Below the pieces are notes generated by a model. That model worked only from the letters and a program-made list of their open reading frames with translations. It was not told where the DNA came from and made no database searches. From assembly GCA_016840035.1 (NCBI GenBank), contig JAEOTC010000106.1:1-26822 (forward strand): a stretch of DNA of 26,822 nt. Direction: 5' to 3'. The translations under genes and the position numbers were made by a program. This stretch comes from Candidatus Hodarchaeota archaeon. Lineage in GTDB: Archaea > Asgardarchaeota > Heimdallarchaeia > Hodarchaeales > Hodarchaeaceae. This document shows positions 1 to 6,462 of the stretch, one piece after another. Numbering within the stretch: the stretch's first letter is position 1; each line of letters begins with the position of its first letter.

Positions 1-239
1 TCATGAATTTTTTTTGGATATTGTTATCGATGGGTTTAGGATCTATTAGCGAGGAAGGAGATCCATCAGGAATGCCTTCCCTTGAAGATATGTCGTTAAT
101 TGTGAATTTAGATATTCAGATAAAGGAATTTCTAATCCTTCCTTTAGGTTTGTTATTATTTGCGTTTGCTGCGATTTTGATCTCAATTCAAGTATTCAGA
201 CGAAGAAAATCAACAAAAACAACAGAAATTGTATCATAA
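1..239 (+). CDS. Probable 3' end of a membrane protein, likely truncated by the window start
   Basis: The frame is open from the window edge to TAA at 237-239. It has a hydrophobic segment (FLILPLGLLLFAFAAILISIQVF) followed by a basic tail (RRRKS). Confidence 0.55.
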   Translation, partial: MNFFWILLSMGLGSISEEGDPSGMPSLEDMSLIVNLDIQIKEFLILPLGLLLFAFAAILISIQVFRRRKSTKTTEIVS

Positions 240-265
240 GTAGAATTATTTCCAACTTATGCAGG

Positions 266-293
266 AATGTCAATGAAGAAAAAAAAGAGGGGA
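266..293 (-). terminator. U-rich archaeal-type terminator / 3' element of the 570-aa surface protein gene
   Basis: The minus strand reads TCCCCTCTTTTTTTTCTTCATTGACATT just after the stop codon at 302. Confidence 0.55.
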
Positions 294-301
294 AGAGATG
301 T

Positions 302-2014
302 TTATCTCTTCTTTTTGATCACAGCAACAACTGTTGTTATGACCATTAGCGAGGTAATAAATTCGAATCCGGGAATGAGATCTCCACCGCCTGCATTGCC
401 GCCTGCAACTGGATCTGCATCTTCAGGATCAGGGATACTAGAAACTAGGTCGGATTGAAGAACAATATTCACATCGAGTGCAATAGTACCGGTTTCTGTG
501 GCACCAGCATCAGCAGGAATATTAACTGCTTCAACAGTCGCACTAAGTTCAACACCTGCACCAGCTAGTAGGCCATCTTTAGTATATGCTAGCCAAGAAG
601 ATGCAGTGAGATCAACAGCCAGTTTTGCATCTGCAGGGATACCTGCTGCAGTTGCTCCTTCCATTTGTCCAGCATTCCAGTCAAGATCTAATTTGGTTTC
701 ACCATAGAAGAAATTTATATTTCCACTTTCCCTCAATTGATATACTGAATCTAAAGTATTCAGATCAAGTCCCATATCTTTAACTTCTTCTTCTTTGAAG
801 AAAGCTTCAAGACTCTTTTCAACAATTTCATTTACCTGAGAAATTGAAATTGTCGAAGCAGCCCACATGTCCCAATCGGGAGTAATACCTGGAGCGAGGT
901 TAGGTATAAGGGCAATTGAGGTTGTCCAAGGGGTATATGGAAGCATAATCATCATATATTCTGATTGATCCATTACAGGTTGACCTGTAAATCCGTTCCA
1001 CCACAGTTCTTCCACAACTTCTTCCATCATTTCGCTTTCAGGATTGTACACTTCTATTCGTGTATTATAGTAACATCCTGAGACTTCTTCCACATCAAAT
1101 TTAATAACATCCATGCCGTCAAGATCAGTGACAGTATCTGCAGCATAAACAAGTGAATCATCTATCTGATCACTGACTGCAGCGGAAAAACCTGTTACAC
1201 TATGAGTAAAGTCTGCGGTAGTGAAGCTCAAAACCATATCATTTAAGTTACGGACTTCTGTCGGAAGAACATTAACTTGCTTACTATCGAAAGAAAGACC
1301 AATACCTAAGTGGTTTGAGGTACCATCACCAGTTAAATCACCATCAACGGTTCCAGTAATACTTTTGAATACCCCAGCATTATCACCTTCTCTAAACCAA
1401 GCTACTGTAAGAGATATGTCAACACCATCAGAGGTGGTACCAGACATATCAAATTCAAAATCTGAACCAGCTTCGTTTGTGACTGTGACAGTGGCATCAG
1501 TACTACCTAGAGCTTCTAGTTCTGTTTGATAATCACTCCATGAATTTGGATTTAAGTAGAATGGTAAACCAAAGGAATCTTCAGTTCCAGCTAATAATTC
1601 AGTCATATCAGAACCAGGAAATGAACCAAGTCCAATCCCTACTCCTTCAGTTAACTGGAATTCAGTACCGAAAATATCAATAATTTGTGGATCAGTATCT
1701 TCTGGAAGAGGTATTACTATCGTTTTTCCTAACACAACGTAGAGATCAAGCATATAGTACCCATTTGAATAGGTATCCATTACCTTGATGCCTAACGTAC
1801 TCCCAGACAGATCAAGCACAAAATCTGCTAAATCAAATGGTGCTTCTTCTGCGGGGATTAATTCTTCCCAGGGGACATCCCATGTACTAACTTTATAAAC
1901 AAAAGTATCCCCAGGATCAATATTAGCAGGTGTAGTAGCAACTGACATGAAAATGAACGTACTCATCATCAGGAGACTCACTACAACTGGTAACAAACGT
2001 AATTTTTTCATCAA
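302..2014 (-). CDS. Secreted acidic cell-surface (S-layer-like) protein with PGF-CTERM-type sorting signal
   Basis: N-terminal signal peptide (MKKLRLLPVVVSLLMM...), D/E/T-rich body, Gly linker, then IPGF + TM helix + KKKR. An SD-like AGGAG precedes the TTG/ATG start (2014/2011). Confidence 0.85.
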   Translation of the reverse strand: MMKKLRLLPVVVSLLMMSTFIFMSVATTPANIDPGDTFVYKVSTWDVPWEELIPAEEAPFDLADFVLDLSGSTLGIKVMDTYSNGYYMLDLYVVLGKTIVIPLPEDTDPQIIDIFGTEFQLTEGVGIGLGSFPGSDMTELLAGTEDSFGLPFYLNPNSWSDYQTELEALGSTDATVTVTNEAGSDFEFDMSGTTSDGVDISLTVAWFREGDNAGVFKSITGTVDGDLTGDGTSNHLGIGLSFDSKQVNVLPTEVRNLNDMVLSFTTADFTHSVTGFSAAVSDQIDDSLVYAADTVTDLDGMDVIKFDVEEVSGCYYNTRIEVYNPESEMMEEVVEELWWNGFTGQPVMDQSEYMMIMLPYTPWTTSIALIPNLAPGITPDWDMWAASTISISQVNEIVEKSLEAFFKEEEVKDMGLDLNTLDSVYQLRESGNINFFYGETKLDLDWNAGQMEGATAAGIPADAKLAVDLTASSWLAYTKDGLLAGAGVELSATVEAVNIPADAGATETGTIALDVNIVLQSDLVSSIPDPEDADPVAGGNAGGGDLIPGFEFITSLMVITTVVAVIKKKR

Positions 2015-2029
2015 ATGTTTCTCCTTTCA

Positions 2030-2099
2030 ATTCTTGAATTTCATTCTTAACTAATTTCACTCAAGAATCAACTATATTTACAGGTTCATTGAAATAAAA
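2030..2099 (-). promoter_or_regulatory. Putative TATA-like element and 5'-UTR hairpin of the 570-aa gene
   Basis: Inverted repeat ATTCTTGA (2030-2037) / TCAAGAAT (2061-2068) lies just upstream of the AGGAG. The minus strand has TTTTATTT near 2092-2099, about 25 nt further upstream. Confidence 0.4.
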
Positions 2100-2224
2100 G
2101 CCTTACCTTATCAGATCGAAGTAAAAATCTTCTCAATAATATTCTAGACATGATTTTTTGACCCATACTTCTAGTAAAGTGACTATTAAAACGGAAATAA
2201 ATCTTCGGAAGCCATTTTGAAGGG

Positions 2225-2294
2225 GGATTGAACTTCTCTAAATCGGGGAGAGCGAAAACCTGTGCTTATATAGTCATAGAGAAGTCCTCAATCC
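2225..2294. repeat. 16-bp interrupted inverted repeat in the divergent intergenic region
   Basis: GGATTGA-ACTTCTCTA (2225-2240) pairs with TAGAGAAGT-cc-TCAATCC (2277-2294) across a 36-nt spacer. It is directly followed by a TATA-like ATAAATATATAAG. Confidence 0.75.
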
Positions 2295-2393
2295 ATAAAT
2301 ATATAAGAAATGAAACCCTCTTAGATGTGAACTTCGATTAGAGAACTTATTACACAATTTATGTAAATGAAAATAAATATTTAAGGGAAAAAA

Positions 2394-4262
2394 ATGAAGA
2401 AAAATACCTACTTTTTATTGACTATTCTAAGTCTACCATTAATTTTCACGATTATTCCTGTACAAGCGCGTCTCGATGGATTAACAATTGGGGAAACTAT
2501 AACATATAAGGTAACACAGTTTGATTACCCTTCGTATAATTATATTTACGGGGATCCAGAGGATTTACCCTATGATCCCAATGACTATAAGTTCGACTTG
2601 ACTGGTACCATCCTTGGAATGAAAATAATGGATAAGGGCACAGATGGCTATTATAGCGCAAATCAGTACATTGTTCTAGACAAGGATATCCAAATTCCAA
2701 TTCCATACTATCCTGATGCATCTGAATCCGAGAATGTTTTATACGAGATGTTTGGGGAAACAATTACAATTCCAGGTGGTGTGGGTATAGGTTTGGGAAT
2801 GACAGCTACCTTGAGTGATTTGCTATATGGAATAAATAATCCTGATCAATATGATTATTATGATTACTATTATTATTCACCAATTGGGTTATCTTTAGGC
2901 ATGATGGTACTTTATCTTGATCCAACTGAGTGGGATACATATGAAACTTATTTTCTTGAAAGTGGGGAAAATGACACGGGCACTAATTATTATACAACAA
3001 CATATATTGATGTTGTTAGAACAAGCTCCGAATTTATCGTAATTGTAACAATGGAGCACCAGTACACGTGGGATGATCCCCAACATGGTTATATCGACAC
3101 CATGACGAATGAATTTCGAATTAGTTGGTTTTCATCTGGATCAAATGCTGGTTTACTTGCAAAACAGTATTCGTTGATGGATCAACAATCTGTTTACACT
3201 GGAACGGAAAATAGCGATGAAACGCCTCCACACTTCCATCAAGAGATGGGAATCCAGTTTGATAGTAGAGAATATCTTCCTCTCCCACATGAAGTTCGAA
3301 ATCAAGATGATATTGTATTGAAACTAGAAGATGCATCTGTGAATGCAATAACTGACGGATTTTTCGATGTGGAATCAGTGAATTCTGGAATAGATTTTCT
3401 AACTGGTGAACTTACTGAAGCAACAGGCAAAGAAGTGTTAAAATTTGAGATAGAATCTGTTCAAGGATGCTATTACGAAACCAGTGTTCATACTTATGAT
3501 TCGAGTGAACAGACGTTAGTCGAAGGATCTGGAACTATATGGTGGAATGGATTCACAGGATATCCTACCTACAAGGATGATTATTATTATAGAGAATCCG
3601 AGCCTATTGATTATTGGAGTGGAAGTATAGCATTTTTCCCCTTCAGTCCAGCAATCACACCTGATTATGATATGTGGCGAGGTACCACAAAATCACTAGA
3701 TGCAATTTTTGAACTAATTTCTACGGCTATTAAGTCAACACCAGGTGTAGATTTCTTTACTGAAAATGGTATTACTGTCGATACTATTGATTTGTCTAGT
3801 GAACTACGTACAACAGGTGATTACAAATATATTTACTTGTATGGAGGTATTGAACTAAATTATAATAGTAATTTGATTGATCCATCCCATCGCAGTAGCT
3901 CTTGGATACCTGATCAGACTTTGACATTCATTCTAGATCTTGACGCATGGATCTCGTATACATTTCAAGGTTTAATCGCAGGAGCTGAAATTAATCTAGA
4001 CTTAGAGTTTGAATTCACTAATCTAGAAGTTGATCAAGGATATGATGGGGGCACATGGAATCCAGTATATGACAACGGAATCTTGGACCTAAGTATGTCT
4101 ATTAAACTTCAAAATACAAAATTTTCAGAAGTACCGGCGGCCTCAAATGCAGATCCTGATTTGGGAGACAACGGTGGAGGATTAATTCCAAGTTTTACTC
4201 TGGTGACAGCAATTGTAGTATTAACGTTTTTTGGAGCCCTTTTCAGACGCAAAAGGATATAG
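2394..4262 (+). CDS. Secreted acidic cell-surface protein, paralog of 302..2014, with a PGF-like (IPSF) C-terminal anchor
   Basis: Signal peptide ending VQA. Shares colinear motifs with the 570-aa protein (YKV, GxKxMD, GVGIGLG, EVRN, GCYY, WWNGFTG, ITPDxDMW, GLxAGA). C-terminus is GGGLIPSF + TM + RRKRI. Confidence 0.85.
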   Translation: MKKNTYFLLTILSLPLIFTIIPVQARLDGLTIGETITYKVTQFDYPSYNYIYGDPEDLPYDPNDYKFDLTGTILGMKIMDKGTDGYYSANQYIVLDKDIQIPIPYYPDASESENVLYEMFGETITIPGGVGIGLGMTATLSDLLYGINNPDQYDYYDYYYYSPIGLSLGMMVLYLDPTEWDTYETYFLESGENDTGTNYYTTTYIDVVRTSSEFIVIVTMEHQYTWDDPQHGYIDTMTNEFRISWFSSGSNAGLLAKQYSLMDQQSVYTGTENSDETPPHFHQEMGIQFDSREYLPLPHEVRNQDDIVLKLEDASVNAITDGFFDVESVNSGIDFLTGELTEATGKEVLKFEIESVQGCYYETSVHTYDSSEQTLVEGSGTIWWNGFTGYPTYKDDYYYRESEPIDYWSGSIAFFPFSPAITPDYDMWRGTTKSLDAIFELISTAIKSTPGVDFFTENGITVDTIDLSSELRTTGDYKYIYLYGGIELNYNSNLIDPSHRSSSWIPDQTLTFILDLDAWISYTFQGLIAGAEINLDLEFEFTNLEVDQGYDGGTWNPVYDNGILDLSMSIKLQNTKFSEVPAASNADPDLGDNGGGLIPSFTLVTAIVVLTFFGALFRRKRI

Positions 4263-4272
4263 AGTCTCCAAA

Positions 4273-4299
4273 TCCCTCTTCTTTTTTTCTCATTACATT
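4273..4299 (+). terminator. U-rich terminator / 3' element of the 622-aa surface protein gene
   Basis: TCCCTCTTCTTTTTTTCTCATTACATT begins 10 nt after the stop codon. Confidence 0.55.
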
Positions 4300-4398
4300 T
4301 TTCGATTGGTTTTTGCCCACCTCAGAACCTTTTTGTAAACCATCCTTCTACTCTTTGAATCGTTCATTGTCATTTGAAAGAGCTAATCTGGGATTAAT

Positions 4399-5940
4399 AT
4401 GGTAATAAATTCTGTTGGAAGGAATATCCCTACACGATTATTTGGAAAAGAATACCTCCCATATGCAGGAGCATATTCTACTCCTCCCAAGGGACAACGG
4501 GTCGGAAGAAAGTATCGTTCGAAAATTATTACTCCATCCAAGAAAAGAATATTCGATGATTTGGAAAAAGTAATCCGGCAAATTGGAATAAAAGATGGAA
4601 TGAGTCTTGGATTTAACCATAATTTAAGGTACGGAGATTTGGTTATCTGTCAAGTAATGAACACCATAGCAAGTATGGGAATTAAAAATTTAACACTTGC
4701 TTCCACCGCACTATTCCCAAATCATGAACCATTGATAGAACATATTCATTCTGGAGTTATTGGTGAAATTTCTGGTAGCATGAACGGACCTATAGGAAAA
4801 GCTGTAAGTACTGGAGAAGTTAAAATCTCAACCAGCCTTCGCTCGCACGGAGGGCGCGCACGAGCGGTTGAATGTGACGATTTACATTTAGATGTCGCAT
4901 TTGTTGCCTCCCCCGCCGTAGATATGATGGGAAATATGAATGGATGTCAAGGACCGTCAGCTTTTGGAGCAAATGGATTCGCAAATGAGACAGATTCGGT
5001 TTATGCAGATAATGTTGTTCTTGTTACAGATAATTTAACAGAAAAACCAGTAACCCCAGTGAGTATACGAGGATCAAATGTAGACTATATAGTTACGGTT
5101 GATAAAATTGGAGATCCGAACAAAATTGTCGCAGGGAGTTTAGGAAGAAACGTAACAGGAACGCATACCGCAATTGCAGAAGAAGTAATTAACGTTGCTA
5201 GGAGTGCTGGCTATATAAAGAATGGATTTTCCTTTCAAGCAGGAGCAGGTGGAGTTTCATTAGCTACCGTTCATTATCTAGAGGAAATTATGACTGAACA
5301 AGGCCTTAAAGGGAGTTTTATTCATGGTGGAACTACCGAAGCCGCGGTAGAGCTTCTAGAAGCAGGTTTGTTTCAACGAATATATGATGGACAATCCTTT
5401 GATCTTGCGGCAGTTAAATCCCTTAAAGAAAACCCTCTGCACATCGAAAGTTCCGCTTATCATTCATACAATATTTATGCTCCAGGAGGGCCATTAGCCA
5501 ATTATGTGGATATCGTAGCATTAGGAGCAACTGAACTGGATATTAATTTTAATGTCAATGTGAATACTCATAGCGATGGATTACTGCTTCACGGGATTGG
5601 AGGTCATACAGATGCAGCAGCAGCACGTTTAACCATAATTACATGCCCAATTGCTCGTAAAGTTCCCATAATTCGTGATGATGTGACAACGATATCAACT
5701 CCGGGAGAGATGGTGGATGTTGTAATAACTAATGCTGGAATTGCTGTTAATCCAAGAAATAAAGATCTCATTAAGCAATTGAAAAATACAGACCTAAATT
5801 TTCTTGATATAACCGAATTACGAGATTTGGCATATAGTGAGGCTGCATTACTTGAACCTGACTTCACCGATGAAATTTGTACGGCCGTTGAATATCGAGA
5901 TGGAACACTATTAGATGTAGTTTACCGTGTAAATGCATAA
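4399..5940 (+). CDS. citF: Citrate lyase alpha subunit / citrate CoA-transferase (CitF family)
   Basis: CitF-like motifs GIKDGMSLGFNHNLRYGD, SHGGRARA, DVAF, FQAGAGG, LGATELDINFNVNV, GGHTDAA and EYRDGTLLDVV; length 513 aa. Confidence 0.88.
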   Translation: MVINSVGRNIPTRLFGKEYLPYAGAYSTPPKGQRVGRKYRSKIITPSKKRIFDDLEKVIRQIGIKDGMSLGFNHNLRYGDLVICQVMNTIASMGIKNLTLASTALFPNHEPLIEHIHSGVIGEISGSMNGPIGKAVSTGEVKISTSLRSHGGRARAVECDDLHLDVAFVASPAVDMMGNMNGCQGPSAFGANGFANETDSVYADNVVLVTDNLTEKPVTPVSIRGSNVDYIVTVDKIGDPNKIVAGSLGRNVTGTHTAIAEEVINVARSAGYIKNGFSFQAGAGGVSLATVHYLEEIMTEQGLKGSFIHGGTTEAAVELLEAGLFQRIYDGQSFDLAAVKSLKENPLHIESSAYHSYNIYAPGGPLANYVDIVALGATELDINFNVNVNTHSDGLLLHGIGGHTDAAAARLTIITCPIARKVPIIRDDVTTISTPGEMVDVVITNAGIAVNPRNKDLIKQLKNTDLNFLDITELRDLAYSEAALLEPDFTDEICTAVEYRDGTLLDVVYRVNA

Positions 5941-5982
5941 AAGTATCTTTTACTCGAAATTGCATCCAGGAGTAAGACCAGA

Positions 5983-6372
5983 ATGAGTTGGGAAGAGATA
6001 GATAAGCTATTGGTAAAGATGTTTGATACCCAGTTAAAAAAACTGAAGAGAAATCAGAAACTAAGTGAAAGAGATTCTCAAAAGAATGAGACTCCCTCTC
6101 TGGAATTCAAAGGTTGGTTGACTGAGTTCATTCAGGATAGCTCTGATTATGAGAAATTTAAACAATCACGATTAGTATGCAAGCGATGTGGAGAGAAAAT
6201 TGAAAATACAAAATTCGTGGTAATTTTTCACCCAGATCATCCTGATGATTACACAAAACAACTTTATTTTCATTCAGGGGAACAATGTAATCCAAGAACT
6301 CGATATCTGAATATAACACGGAAAATGTGGTTAATACGTTATCAATTAGAAAGTGAATTAAGGAATCCTTAA
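5983..6372 (+). CDS. Hypothetical protein with a CxxC...FHxxxxC Zn-finger motif
   Basis: SD AGGAG lies upstream of the ATG. CKRCGEKI...LYFHSGEQC resembles treble-clef (PARP/LIM/TRASH-type) fingers. Confidence 0.65.
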   Translation: MSWEEIDKLLVKMFDTQLKKLKRNQKLSERDSQKNETPSLEFKGWLTEFIQDSSDYEKFKQSRLVCKRCGEKIENTKFVVIFHPDHPDDYTKQLYFHSGEQCNPRTRYLNITRKMWLIRYQLESELRNP

Positions 6373-6379
6373 CTTTCTT

Positions 6380-6421
6380 GTGAAATTTTGTTTTTTTCCA
6401 CGAAAATCTTAAAAATTTCAC
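6380..6421. repeat. Perfect 10-bp inverted repeat upstream of acnA
   Basis: GTGAAATTTT (6380-6389) and AAAATTTCAC (6412-6421), separated by a 22-nt spacer containing a T7 tract. Confidence 0.5.
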
Positions 6422-6462
6422 CTCTTAGTGTTTTCTAGTTGATAGTTGAGGAGTGTACTTCT

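Noticed and set aside
267-1529. Plus-strand ORFs 267..458, 498..707 and 1221..1529
   Set aside because: They are antisense shadows of the 570-aa gene with no motifs; the first begins inside its terminator tract.
2232-2285. Possible SECIS on the minus strand (stem, ATGAC ... CGAT, stem)
   Set aside because: The upper helix does not pair convincingly, the element is upstream of both flanking genes, and I saw no in-frame TGA selenoprotein candidate nearby.
6373-6462. Iron-responsive element before acnA
   Set aside because: There is no CAGUGN loop or bulged-C stem; only the AT-rich dyad is reported.
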